From positions 71,461 through 135,460 of the forward strand of contig CALWTS010000031.1 of NCBI GenBank assembly GCA_944384535.1: a DNA stretch of 64,000 nucleotides. The letters run 5' to 3'. The stretch's first letter is position 1. The number at the start of each line of letters is the position of its first letter. This document shows, piece by piece, positions 9,232-20,102 of this stretch. The stretch is from an uncultured Clostridia bacterium. Lineage in GTDB: Bacteria > Bacillota > Clostridia > Christensenellales > UBA1242. The notes below the pieces were generated by a model. That model ran no database searches. It was given only the letters and a program-made list of their open reading frames with translations, and was not told the origin of the DNA. Both the position numbers and the translations under genes were made by a program.

Positions 9232-10110
9232 CTAAGCACTCCTTTTTTTTCTATTTTTTTTTATTTTTATAATTAAAAAAGATAACAATATAAATAATAA
9301 TGTTATAAAAATTGCAAATACATACCACCAGCCATAATTGATTATTAATAGATAAATAGATACCAAATTTTCATCATTTATATTTTCAAACTCAACTGTC
9401 CAAATGTGATAAAAAATGTTATTGTTCGAAAATTGATAATTTGCATTAGATTGTATTTTATCAAAAACAGTAGAATAACTATAGATAAAACTAGGTTTAT
9501 AATTGTTCTTAATATAAGATTCAAATGATAAACCTTGAGAAGAATTTATAAACTTTTGAGCATAAATTTCTCCTATAGTTTTTTCCTCTCCATTCATTGT
9601 TGATTTGTTTGAAAAAATAAATTTTCCGTTTGAGATTTTTTTATTATAAAAAATATTTCCTTCTGATGGAACATTGCTAGATGAGTTGTTTCCATTACTA
9701 TTGTAATAACTCCAAGCCTGCAAGGAACTAAATACAACACTAAATCCTATTACCTTTTGATCACTATTGTAAGTTACATCTGATAGCAACACTCCTTTAT
9801 TAATTTTAAATTCCTCAATTGGATTTTGCAGGTAAGTCAAAGCATAATTAAATAAAAAATTATTTCGAATCTCAACAATCTCTTCCTTTAGGTTTTGTTT
9901 AAATATTTCAAAATCCTTTTCATTTGATAAAGAAATTATTTTGTCCTCATCTAACGAAAAATATAGCATTTGCTTAACTTGACTTTCACCAATATCTAAA
10001 GCAAAAACTATAAAATCATCAGTAGTATCATATAAAATAGAATTATTTTGAAATCCAGATAAAAATAAAAAAGAGAATATCAATATAATTATGAATGAGT
10101 ATTTTTTCAT
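9232..10110 (-). CDS. Exported protein with C-terminal TM anchor
   Basis: 292-aa ORF with a signal-like N-terminus and a C-terminal TM helix followed by a basic tail. Confidence 0.7.
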   Translation of the reverse strand: MKKYSFIIILIFSFLFLSGFQNNSILYDTTDDFIVFALDIGESQVKQMLYFSLDEDKIISLSNEKDFEIFKQNLKEEIVEIRNNFLFNYALTYLQNPIEEFKINKGVLLSDVTYNSDQKVIGFSVVFSSLQAWSYYNSNGNNSSSNVPSEGNIFYNKKISNGKFIFSNKSTMNGEEKTIGEIYAQKFINSSQGLSFESYIKNNYKPSFIYSYSTVFDKIQSNANYQFSNNNIFYHIWTVEFENINDENLVSIYLLIINYGWWYVFAIFITLLFILLSFLIIKIKKNRKKRSA

Positions 10111-10158
10111 ATTATTATGATATTCTCTTATTTTAATTTAATAACCTTTTATAGTTAA

Positions 10159-13100
10159 TTACTTTGTAATTGCCGCTTTATAAGTAGTTCCACTAACCAA
10201 ACTAACAACTAATTTGTACCCAGTTGATCCGCAATTAATTTGCATTTCCGTTAAAGCTTTTGTTGTTATATTAACTATTCCACTACCAATATTCGAATAA
10301 ACTGATCCTTTGATAGTAGGTATGCTAGAATAACTACTAAAACATTTAATATTTGAAGTATCAACTATATTATTAATTGTTCCGCCTAAAAGATTATATG
10401 AAATTCCGCTAGATCTTAATGTTGCAAAACTAGAGTTTTTTGTAAAACTTCCATTATTATAAACATACTCTAATGTGCCATTATCATTTGATAATGTAAT
10501 TCCTACAAAATAAGCTGTCACTTCCGCAGAACCTGATGTATTAATTACAAAATTACCATCATTTCCACAAGCAGATATCTTTCCTAAATTAATTATACTA
10601 ATTCCAGAACTAATTACAATATTATTGGTAACTGTCCCTGTAAAAATTTTATTTCCACTATTGAAACAACCTACGATACTTCCATTACTGGTGTTAAAAG
10701 CACATATTCCAGCGTAAGCGACCTTCAAAACTAATCGTTGTGCCATCGTATATGTAAAATCAACGGTATTTTTAGAATTCATAATTTGTCCATAATTAAT
10801 AGAAACAATAGATGAAATTATTACATTATTTCCATAACCATTACCATTAATATTTTCAAGATTAAATTCTGTTAAAGAAACATTATCAATATTTCCATAA
10901 TTATATAATGCCAGTGGAGCAAATAGAATATTGTTGTTTGAAAGTTTATTAAATGATAATTTGTAACTAATTATTAAATTTTTAATAGTTGCAGTTTTAT
11001 CTATTTTTTTAAAAATTGATGCAAATTTATTAAATGAAACACTGCCCATGCCAGAAACATTTGTAGAATACGCATCCATGTCGTAAATTGAATTCGTTTC
11101 AATTGTTATTTTATGATTATTTCCATCAAGAATGCCATAGAAAGTTTCCATTAAATGAATATAAATTTCGGCTCCAGTTTCTTCATCAAGTTGTGAAACA
11201 TAAAGGTCACTATTTTTTATAACGATATCGCTTGTTAATTTAAAATAGAATGTTTGACCTTCTAAATTTCTCTTACTTATATTTAAAAAGTCTTGAGAAT
11301 TATTTATTAGATAAGGATTATTTTTGGTTCCATCTCCGCCATCAAAAACATTAAATGTTATAACTTCATTGAGATTAATAGCATCACTAAATAAGTAAAT
11401 ATTTTGCATTGTATCATCTATTAATCTTACCCTTATCATAAACATACTTACTTCACCACTTCGTCTAGGCATATAGAAATAATTATAAGTATATGCATCA
11501 TCTCCTTCTGAACCTGAAACAGTATCGGGTTCTTTAATACCATCAATTAACATACTTACCCAGAACTGGTATCTTCCAGAATTTTCTGATTTCCACTTCC
11601 ATTCAAATTTGGCATCATTTTCATTCCATGAAACAGATAAATCACTTGCATCAGTATTATAGATATTGATTTTAACTATATCACTATTCAACAGTAATTT
11701 AGGGTTTGATTGTGTACTATCTTGTGCATCAATAACTTGTATAGATAAAACCTTCCCTACCATAGACGTATCTAATACAAATATTTGTTCTCCATTTTTG
11801 GATAGATATTTAACATTTTCTTCAACACCTTCAAAATTTTCAATTGAAACTTTTATTTGATAACAATAATAGTCATTATTTATACTTATTGCAGTAAAAT
11901 ACTTTGAAAAATCAATATATGTCTTGCCATCTTCATTAAGTTTAATTTCATAATATGCTTCAGAAACTTTTGTAAGCTTATTAATAGAAGAAATACATAA
12001 CGGTTTTGAATTTATTTTACCTTCGCAATAAATGTAAATTTTAATATCAAATTCTCCAATATTGTTTAATTGACCTTGATCAAGTGTAAATGTAACAAAT
12101 TTGTAATCTTTATTTCCTTGAGCAGAATCATCGGTAAATGAGAAACTTCCTGTCAATTTAATAGTATAAATTTTGGATAATCTTTCGTATTCTGCAAAAA
12201 TTGAAATTCTGTTGTTGATATCTTCACTAGAACCTGTATCTTCATAAAGTTTTTTATCAATAACAAAATTAATCTTCCCTTCATAAATTCCTGTTTGATT
12301 TTCTGTCAAGAATGGAGATTCTGTTCTTACTAAATATCCTTTTTCGGTACCATATAAAATCGTTTCTTGACTTCTTAAAACAGCAGTCTTGTTTGTATCT
12401 TCACTGTTATAATAAACAGTTTTTTCAAAGATGTAATATTCACCTTCAACAGTGTGTTTTGCTGAACTATTATTTTCATCCGAAGCTACTCCTGCTAAAG
12501 CATTAACAATAATTCTATAATAAGAATACTTCTCACTAATATAATTTGAAGACAATGTGTTTGATTTTGTATAGTAAACATCTTCATATCCTTGTTTAAC
12601 AAAAGTTTCCCCATCAACGTCTAAAACATAATACAAAACAGAAACTTCGTAAATCAACTCGCCTTTATTTCCATCAGCATCTACGAAATCTAAATCCTCT
12701 AAAGCTGTCCAACTTATATCACCACCTACTGCATTTATCAAGCTTATCTTAGAAATCATTTTTGCTTTCAAATATGTAACATCTGATGATAATACCGGAT
12801 ACCTACTGCTACCAACAAAATTTAATAAATGGTCAGCAGATTGCGTTTGTGTTGAAAAAGTTTCATCACTTTCCTCAAATCCTCCAGAATTACCATTCAA
12901 ATAAGCTTGAAATTGACTAGCTGTTAACTCTGATGGATATATGATATTTCCTTCTTCATCTTTTGAACCAATTATATAAGAAACTCCATTTGAATCTTTT
13001 GTAAAATCGTTTTGATAATAATATCCTTCATCACCTTTATCATAGCCATCACTTAAACTAATATTATTTCCCATATTAAATTTCAATGTTGGCATATAAG

Positions 13101-16100
13101 TTACTGAAATTGAGCTAAATGTTACTTGAATATTGTTATTAACAACTTTTAATATTGGTTCATCTAATTTGTAAACTTCTAATACAGCATAAGTATCACT
13201 TTCTATATTCATTAAATTGTAAGATATAGATCCATTGATTGATAAAATTAAGTATTCATAAAGTCCACTATCCTGCAAATTAATTTTTGCGACACCATCT
13301 GAAAAATTAGTTGTCATTGAATCCGGTGCCAATCCCTCCTTGACATACCTTACTAAAACCTCAAAAGTATTATCTAAACCTGCTTCAATTATGAATTGTC
13401 CATTTTCAAATTTTATGTTTTCTTGTATCAAATCCAAATAATTAATACTAAAAATAGCAGATTTACCGTTCACAACATAATCATTTTGTTCATGATTTGA
13501 TTCTTGTGACTTGTTTGAAACTAAATATGCAAAAATGTCTACATTAATTAAAGTATTAATAGGTATCAAATTTTTATCATCACAAGATTTTCTTAATGAA
13601 GTCAAATTTAATTTGAAACCAGGAATATCAAAAGAAGATTCTATATTGGATAAAATTGGAATATTTTCATCACTAGGCTCTATTTTTTCATTATTATATG
13701 ATATATCCCACTGATTACCTGAATATTGAATAATAAATTCTATAATTTTTTCTTCTTTGTTAGATGTTGTATATCTAAAAACCATTTTGTAAGACTGTGC
13801 AGTAACTATACTCAATAGGTTAGGTTCTCCATCATTTCCCCAGTTCTTAACATAGTAAGTTGAAACAGGTAAAATATTCACAGTATATTGACTTTTTTCT
13901 TGTATCTTTTCATTTTGTAAAGAAATTTCTGGCGCTGCAGTAACATAAACTTTACAAGATACAGATGACTCTGAATCGAGAAATACTCCTATTCCTGTTT
14001 GTTTCACGCTTACTGCATAATCCCCTGCTGGAATTTGACGCGCAATATCATCAAGTAAAATTGAATTATCACCAATTCCTTTATTTGTAGAAACAAGAGT
14101 AGTTACAAAAGTCTTAAAATTTTTTATTGCATTATTTTCTTCTCCACTTATTGACTGATAATCTTGCACTAATAAGTCAATATAAGACTTTTTTTGAGCA
14201 GAATAATCTAAATGAACAGAAATTTGGATATCTGGGAATAATTGAGATGCATTAACTACTATTTCATAACTTGTATTTGTCAAGGCACCATCTTTCTTTA
14301 ATGTGAATTTTAACACTAAATTTGTAACATTTGTTCCAAATTCACCAATACTAAAATATATAGGATCTTTCCATACTTGATTAAGTAAATCATAAATCTT
14401 TGTATCACTACCCTTAGGTTTATTATAGTGATCAATAATTGTTTGCATAAAACTTGTTTCTAAAAATTGCTTTTCGTTAAAGACTAATTTACCATCTTTG
14501 ACAGCAATGCCAATTGGTTGAGTATATTTTGTTGTAGAAACCGAATTTGATATATCAGAACTTATAATATTTGACTGTGAAGAAAAAGCAATAATAGAAA
14601 TATTATAATTATCTCCTCCATCAAGCATAACATCTAATAAATTCAAAGCTTTTTTATAAGAAATAATTTGAATTTTTGTCTGATCAATAGTATTTTCAAA
14701 AACAACATAAAATCCAGTTGGCTGAACATTTAAATATTGTTCGTTAACATCTATTTGATTCCATTGCCAATATAAAACATTATCTTCTATAATTATACTA
14801 TCTTGTTCTTGATTGGAAATAGGGGCTAATTTATAAACCTCAAAAGCGTATTCAGAATATTGCTCGAAAACATCATCATTCTTACCTATACGAGAAATTA
14901 AGAAATTAACTTGTCCAAACTGAATTTCTCCAATAATTTCATTGACAGATACTCCAAAACATTCTGTATAAGTAAATCCAACTTCTGTTCCTTTATCTTT
15001 GGTAAATTCAATTATAGAATTATCTGAATTTGTTTTCCAATATCCTAAACAGTCATCTGCTGTAAAATATTTAACATAACTATCTTCTTGTGTTTGTATA
15101 AGAACTCTAAAAGAAATTGTATTATCATTTTTGCTAAAAATTATATAATCTTGTGTTAAATTTGATTCTCTTTTTAAACTAGGTTCACTATCTATACAAT
15201 AATCAAATGTTAAATTTATCCAATCAGCATCAACAGAACCACTTTTTCGTACAGTAAAGTCAAATGATAAAGTTTGTCCTTGCAGTGTTAGTACATCGTT
15301 ATACAACTTTATTAAATCAATCATTGCAATTTTAAATTGGTTACTCGTATCCTCCTTAAATGGAGTAAATGATTTAATTATATAGTCGCTGCCTTTTTTA
15401 TATCTTACACTAAAAACAAGATCATTAAAATCATCAACAATTAATGTTAAGACAATGTTTCCATTGTTGTCTACACTTACATTATCTATTCCTTCAAGTT
15501 TATAACCTTTAATAACAACCTCAAGACTAGAAGGTAATTTTTGGAATGAATTATCAAATGCTACTATTTTAACAATATATGCTCCAATTTTTCCACTTAA
15601 ATATTCATTAGTCATAAGATTGATTTCTTTTGAAAAATTTTCCTGATCGACAATTAGTAATTTTTCTATTATTTGATCTTCTGTTGTAATTTGAATTAAA
15701 AATGATTGATTTTGATTGTCTGTAATGGTTAATACTCCAGAATCAGAAATTGCAATATCTTCAACACTCTTCAGTCTTTCAATATCAATAGACTTCACTT
15801 CAGAACTTATATTTCCCGTATTTATTACCTGAATATCTATTTTATTCAGTCCACTTTTAATAACATTTTTAAATAAAGTTAACTGATATGTTTGATCTAA
15901 ACTATCTAAAATTAATTTGTAATCATCATGGTTATCACCATTTTTTAATAACAATTCAACTTTTTCATCATTTTCATAATTAATAGTAATTTTAAATTTA
16001 ATATTTTCAAAAGTTGACCACTCATCATGCCATTTTATAACAGTATAAGCATTAAGTTTTTGATCTAATATTGTAGCTTTAGTTGTGTCATCAAAAATTT

Positions 16101-19100
16101 CCACTGTTGTATCGCTAATTTGATTTAACTTAAATAGATTTAAACTTGATGATGCTTTTTCTCCAAAATAACCTATTGCGTTACCATTTTGAGAAGATAA
16201 AGAATAATTTTCTGCTATGTTGGCGGTAATTATTATTTCAACATTATCATTAAGTTTCGCACTAATTTTATTTTCTATATCTTGAATAGAACAGCTTAAC
16301 TCCTTAGTAACAATATAATAATCCTTATCATTAATTATTTTAATTGTATATTCAACAGGATTAATGTCTGCCCCAGATAAATCTTTTACAACATTGTTCC
16401 ATACAATGGTATCATCTTGCAAAGAGACATCAAAATTGCAATCACTTAAATTATATAAAGTAAAAGTTGAGATATTTGAATTGATAAAATAATTTGTTTC
16501 ATTTAAATTTTTATAAATTAATTGAACATTAAATTCGTTTACCCCTAAGAAGTCTTTTATTTTAATTTTAGCTATATTCCCACCCTGTGAATAATCTACA
16601 TTATCAACACTTCCATTAACTTGAACCTCTTTAATATTTGCAGTGTTTGACAAAATAGGAATTGAAACTACCCAATCTTCACCATCTTTGGCGATATTAA
16701 TATTTGTTATAGTCTGTAATTTTTTGATAGAAATAACATTTGAATTATTTGAGTCTAAATATTGCTTATTATTACTTTTAACATATACATTTTTAGCAAC
16801 CAACCAATCAATGTCATTAATATCGTTTAAATTTAGACTAGTTGCAGAATAGTTTTCTATTTTTAAAACATCATCTACATATATATCATATGAAGTATTT
16901 TCAGAGACATTATTCCAACTTAAAATCATACTCTCACTATCAAAAGCAATTGTTGGGGCATCCAACTTATATATATCTAGTTTATTCTTACCTAATAAAG
17001 TTGTACCGTTGTCAGAAGGTAAATAATAAATGTTTCCAATTTCTCCGATTTTATGAGAGAACAACTCTACTTGTATATAATCAAGCATCCTATACGCATT
17101 TTTAAAATCCTGATTATTTTGTAATAAATCATTAATCTTTTCTTGCAAATTAAATGATAAACTATTATCTTCTGTAAAAAATCTATTATAATAATTACCA
17201 TTTTGGGAATTAACAATTGTAATAGTTACATAATAATTCTCTATTTTACTGCTATCTACACTATTAAATGTAATTATACCATCAGAATAACCAATCGCAG
17301 ACGGTGCTGATACCCTTTGAAAATTAATCTCTTTGAGTTCACTATTTAAATAATAATGATCATCTTTATTAGTAGTAGCAACATACATGATTGTCATTTC
17401 AAATTCTGTATCAAAAATTGAATAGTCAATCATATCTATAATTTTTTCATTGCTTTTATTTATGATTTCCCCATTTAATTTAATGACAGGATAAACTGCA
17501 TTGTCAATCATTTGAACTTCTAAGTATTCATGTATTTTTTTATCATTATCAAATTCGTCAAAAACCTCACTAATGTTAAATGTAGGTGTTGCAAGTTTTG
17601 TAATAACCAATTTGTAAGGATCACTATTTAAATGAATGTTTCCATCAAAAGAAGTTCCACTTGTTGCAATTATAGAAATGTTGTAATCTTTTGCTAATTC
17701 GAATCCTTCTTCAAAAGTATATTCTACATATTCTGGAAGATCGCCAGCGCCTAAAATTACTCCTCCATCATATTTCCCATCAACATAAATAGAGTATCCA
17801 CCACCAAATTCAACCGTGTTGATAATTAATCGATTTTGTCCTAAATTATTGTCAAAAACAACACTAGGAGTTTCTAAATCTTTTGTTACAATAATGTTTT
17901 TTGAATAAACATTTTGAATATTATTAAAATTTGAATCTAAATATAAATTAGTATTTTCTGATTTTGATGCAATTTCAATAACATAATAACCAAATTCAAG
18001 AGTTTCTTTAATTTGATTTGCTTTTGTATTCCCTGTAATGATAGCTTCTGAACTTTCATCTTTGATAAAATTTTTGTCTGTTTTGTAGATTTTATATTCA
18101 TAGTAAGTCATATCGTTATCTAAGATATTCCACTTAAAAGAACCATTTATTTGCTCTTCACTAATATCCGATACGATAGATAAAATGTCAAGTTCTTTAA
18201 CAATTTCTATTTTTGTAGAACATTCTATGTTTTGTTCATTTATCCTGTAGGCAACAATTTTGATAAAATATTTATCTCCAAAACTTTGATATCCTTTTAA
18301 ATTATTAAGACGTATCTCAATATATGTATTTTCATCTTTAACTTCGTAATTATTCGTATTTACCAATTCATCGTTAACATAAACTAAATAACTGTTTGCA
18401 TTATCAATTTTATCAACTTTTATAATAGAAATATTACTATAACTATCATAACTATGCTCTACGTAATTTAATTCATCTAAAACATAAAAGTCTAAGACAT
18501 AATCATCAGAGTTAAGTACATTTGAAGTTTTATTTCCATTAATTTCAATTTGTTGAACCTTTCCATCAACAACTGTTGGTAATGCGGTTATCCTAAAAGT
18601 ATATTTGCCAACATCTAAACCATTAAGATCTATAGTTTTTTCTAATCCATCTTGAGTATTAAAAATTATGCTTTCATCAGCCCAAGTAATTCTATAGTTT
18701 TCTACATAATCATTTTCCTTAAAACTAAATCTAACTTCTTTATTTTTAAAAGAAACTTCTACACTTGGAATTTGCAATTTCGCAACTAATAACTGTTCCT
18801 TAACCTCACTATTTAAATAATAAATATTATCTAAATTTTTACCACCTTTTGATATTACACTTACAAAATAAACTCCATATTCTTTACCTTCTAAAATATA
18901 ACTATTTTCAAAAGCATCTGCAGAATATTCTATAATTTCCTTTTGACCAATTGTTTGATTGTCAACTATCTCGAAGCAATAACCGCTTGCATTTTGAATT
19001 TCGTTAAAAGACAAGAAACCATTATTATTCTTTAGATTATATGTCAAATCAGGATAATCCAATTTTTGAAGGTAAACTATGGTTGATGATGACATTAATT

Positions 19101-19944
19101 GATTTGTTAAATCTTTGGAAACAATCTTAATAGTTACATATTTGTCAATGGAATAAATTTGATAATTTATCGTAATAAAATTATCAATAATATTTTCATA
19201 AATCTTTATACCATCAATATAAACATCATACTGAACATTCTGTTGTTTATCCCAAGACATAACAACTTCAGGTGTACCAAAATCATAACTATATGTAAAA
19301 TCAATATTTTCTAATATTCCAACTACACCCACATTAATAATTTCTTCTTGTGAAAATTCAGAATCATCTGTTGTTATATTATCCCCTAAAGCTCTAACCT
19401 TAACAAAATATGAACCTTTTTCTTCAAAAATAAAATAATTATCATCTATTATTTTGTAGACATACTCTATTCTTGAAAAATCTGTTGTGTCATCTATTAG
19501 ACAATATCCAATTTCATATTGTGTAGCGTAAACTTCATTTCCATCTACTACTGTAAATGATTTCTCCCAAGTATAAAATCCATTTTCCTCTAAAATGAAA
19601 CCTTTAGGAGTAATTTGATTATATTTTACTCTAACCTTAACAGAAGCAATCGTATTGTCATTATAATTTGCAAATACATACGCCTCTCCAGACTCAACAG
19701 CTTTAAAATTTGAGTTATCTTCTTTTTTTATAATATTTTCATTAGAAGATACAAATGAAATTTTATTTTTTTCAACTCCAGAAACATTTAAAGATTGAGA
19801 AAAATCTATTGAATCACCAATTGAAACAATATATTCTTTTTTATCAAAATTACCAATTACACTTGATTGACTGTTACAAGCTGTAAAACAAAATATCGTT
19901 AACAATGACAACATTATAACAGCAAATATATTTTTTTTCATCAA
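10159..19944 (-). CDS. Giant surface lipoprotein with repeated beta-sandwich (Ig/FN3-like) modules and a C-terminal GLUG/M26-like beta-helix region
   Basis: 3261-aa ORF with lipobox FTA-C; recurring KLxxP / xSW / DSxxS patterns; C-terminal FDGGDGTKNNPYLI...FKLTSDI...FYGILDGNNHKI followed by G/N-rich repeats. Confidence 0.75.
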   Translation of the reverse strand: MMKKNIFAVIMLSLLTIFCFTACNSQSSVIGNFDKKEYIVSIGDSIDFSQSLNVSGVEKNKISFVSSNENIIKKEDNSNFKAVESGEAYVFANYNDNTIASVKVRVKYNQITPKGFILEENGFYTWEKSFTVVDGNEVYATQYEIGYCLIDDTTDFSRIEYVYKIIDDNYFIFEEKGSYFVKVRALGDNITTDDSEFSQEEIINVGVVGILENIDFTYSYDFGTPEVVMSWDKQQNVQYDVYIDGIKIYENIIDNFITINYQIYSIDKYVTIKIVSKDLTNQLMSSSTIVYLQKLDYPDLTYNLKNNNGFLSFNEIQNASGYCFEIVDNQTIGQKEIIEYSADAFENSYILEGKEYGVYFVSVISKGGKNLDNIYYLNSEVKEQLLVAKLQIPSVEVSFKNKEVRFSFKENDYVENYRITWADESIIFNTQDGLEKTIDLNGLDVGKYTFRITALPTVVDGKVQQIEINGNKTSNVLNSDDYVLDFYVLDELNYVEHSYDSYSNISIIKVDKIDNANSYLVYVNDELVNTNNYEVKDENTYIEIRLNNLKGYQSFGDKYFIKIVAYRINEQNIECSTKIEIVKELDILSIVSDISEEQINGSFKWNILDNDMTYYEYKIYKTDKNFIKDESSEAIITGNTKANQIKETLEFGYYVIEIASKSENTNLYLDSNFNNIQNVYSKNIIVTKDLETPSVVFDNNLGQNRLIINTVEFGGGYSIYVDGKYDGGVILGAGDLPEYVEYTFEEGFELAKDYNISIIATSGTSFDGNIHLNSDPYKLVITKLATPTFNISEVFDEFDNDKKIHEYLEVQMIDNAVYPVIKLNGEIINKSNEKIIDMIDYSIFDTEFEMTIMYVATTNKDDHYYLNSELKEINFQRVSAPSAIGYSDGIITFNSVDSSKIENYYVTITIVNSQNGNYYNRFFTEDNSLSFNLQEKINDLLQNNQDFKNAYRMLDYIQVELFSHKIGEIGNIYYLPSDNGTTLLGKNKLDIYKLDAPTIAFDSESMILSWNNVSENTSYDIYVDDVLKIENYSATSLNLNDINDIDWLVAKNVYVKSNNKQYLDSNNSNVISIKKLQTITNINIAKDGEDWVVSIPILSNTANIKEVQVNGSVDNVDYSQGGNIAKIKIKDFLGVNEFNVQLIYKNLNETNYFINSNISTFTLYNLSDCNFDVSLQDDTIVWNNVVKDLSGADINPVEYTIKIINDKDYYIVTKELSCSIQDIENKISAKLNDNVEIIITANIAENYSLSSQNGNAIGYFGEKASSSLNLFKLNQISDTTVEIFDDTTKATILDQKLNAYTVIKWHDEWSTFENIKFKITINYENDEKVELLLKNGDNHDDYKLILDSLDQTYQLTLFKNVIKSGLNKIDIQVINTGNISSEVKSIDIERLKSVEDIAISDSGVLTITDNQNQSFLIQITTEDQIIEKLLIVDQENFSKEINLMTNEYLSGKIGAYIVKIVAFDNSFQKLPSSLEVVIKGYKLEGIDNVSVDNNGNIVLTLIVDDFNDLVFSVRYKKGSDYIIKSFTPFKEDTSNQFKIAMIDLIKLYNDVLTLQGQTLSFDFTVRKSGSVDADWINLTFDYCIDSEPSLKRESNLTQDYIIFSKNDNTISFRVLIQTQEDSYVKYFTADDCLGYWKTNSDNSIIEFTKDKGTEVGFTYTECFGVSVNEIIGEIQFGQVNFLISRIGKNDDVFEQYSEYAFEVYKLAPISNQEQDSIIIEDNVLYWQWNQIDVNEQYLNVQPTGFYVVFENTIDQTKIQIISYKKALNLLDVMLDGGDNYNISIIAFSSQSNIISSDISNSVSTTKYTQPIGIAVKDGKLVFNEKQFLETSFMQTIIDHYNKPKGSDTKIYDLLNQVWKDPIYFSIGEFGTNVTNLVLKFTLKKDGALTNTSYEIVVNASQLFPDIQISVHLDYSAQKKSYIDLLVQDYQSISGEENNAIKNFKTFVTTLVSTNKGIGDNSILLDDIARQIPAGDYAVSVKQTGIGVFLDSESSVSCKVYVTAAPEISLQNEKIQEKSQYTVNILPVSTYYVKNWGNDGEPNLLSIVTAQSYKMVFRYTTSNKEEKIIEFIIQYSGNQWDISYNNEKIEPSDENIPILSNIESSFDIPGFKLNLTSLRKSCDDKNLIPINTLINVDIFAYLVSNKSQESNHEQNDYVVNGKSAIFSINYLDLIQENIKFENGQFIIEAGLDNTFEVLVRYVKEGLAPDSMTTNFSDGVAKINLQDSGLYEYLILSINGSISYNLMNIESDTYAVLEVYKLDEPILKVVNNNIQVTFSSISVTYMPTLKFNMGNNISLSDGYDKGDEGYYYQNDFTKDSNGVSYIIGSKDEEGNIIYPSELTASQFQAYLNGNSGGFEESDETFSTQTQSADHLLNFVGSSRYPVLSSDVTYLKAKMISKISLINAVGGDISWTALEDLDFVDADGNKGELIYEVSVLYYVLDVDGETFVKQGYEDVYYTKSNTLSSNYISEKYSYYRIIVNALAGVASDENNSSAKHTVEGEYYIFEKTVYYNSEDTNKTAVLRSQETILYGTEKGYLVRTESPFLTENQTGIYEGKINFVIDKKLYEDTGSSEDINNRISIFAEYERLSKIYTIKLTGSFSFTDDSAQGNKDYKFVTFTLDQGQLNNIGEFDIKIYIYCEGKINSKPLCISSINKLTKVSEAYYEIKLNEDGKTYIDFSKYFTAISINNDYYCYQIKVSIENFEGVEENVKYLSKNGEQIFVLDTSMVGKVLSIQVIDAQDSTQSNPKLLLNSDIVKINIYNTDASDLSVSWNENDAKFEWKWKSENSGRYQFWVSMLIDGIKEPDTVSGSEGDDAYTYNYFYMPRRSGEVSMFMIRVRLIDDTMQNIYLFSDAINLNEVITFNVFDGGDGTKNNPYLINNSQDFLNISKRNLEGQTFYFKLTSDIVIKNSDLYVSQLDEETGAEIYIHLMETFYGILDGNNHKITIETNSIYDMDAYSTNVSGMGSVSFNKFASIFKKIDKTATIKNLIISYKLSFNKLSNNNILFAPLALYNYGNIDNVSLTEFNLENINGNGYGNNVIISSIVSINYGQIMNSKNTVDFTYTMAQRLVLKVAYAGICAFNTSNGSIVGCFNSGNKIFTGTVTNNIVISSGISIINLGKISACGNDGNFVINTSGSAEVTAYFVGITLSNDNGTLEYVYNNGSFTKNSSFATLRSSGISYNLLGGTINNIVDTSNIKCFSSYSSIPTIKGSVYSNIGSGIVNITTKALTEMQINCGSTGYKLVVSLVSGTTYKAAITK

Positions 19945-20071
19945 TCCCTCTACCCTTTAGTATTATCATGATAACATTTTTTTAATCTTTAAAGCAAATA
20001 TTTTGAGAACTTTTATTAATTATAATAATTATATACAATTACAAGTAATCCTCGATAGATGAATTAAAAAT

Positions 20072-20099
20072 AAAAAATAGGTTAGCTAACCTATTTTTT
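20072..20099. terminator. Intrinsic terminator
   Basis: AAAAAATAGGTTAG/CTAACCTATTTTTT palindrome just after the stop of the 494-aa gene. Confidence 0.6.
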
Positions 20100-20102
20100 A
20101 CC

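Larger units (their letters stand above)
6929..9236. mobile_element. Putative non-autonomous integrative cassette (att-flanked, carries a rolling-circle origin and one cargo gene)
   Basis: TAAG direct repeats at 6929-6932 and 9233-9236. Perfect 13-bp inverted repeats TTTGAAACTAGCA (6943-6955) and TGCTAGTTTCAAA (9210-9222), each 10 nt inside TAAG. Contains an origin hairpin shared with the element at 53155-53222. Confidence 0.75.
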
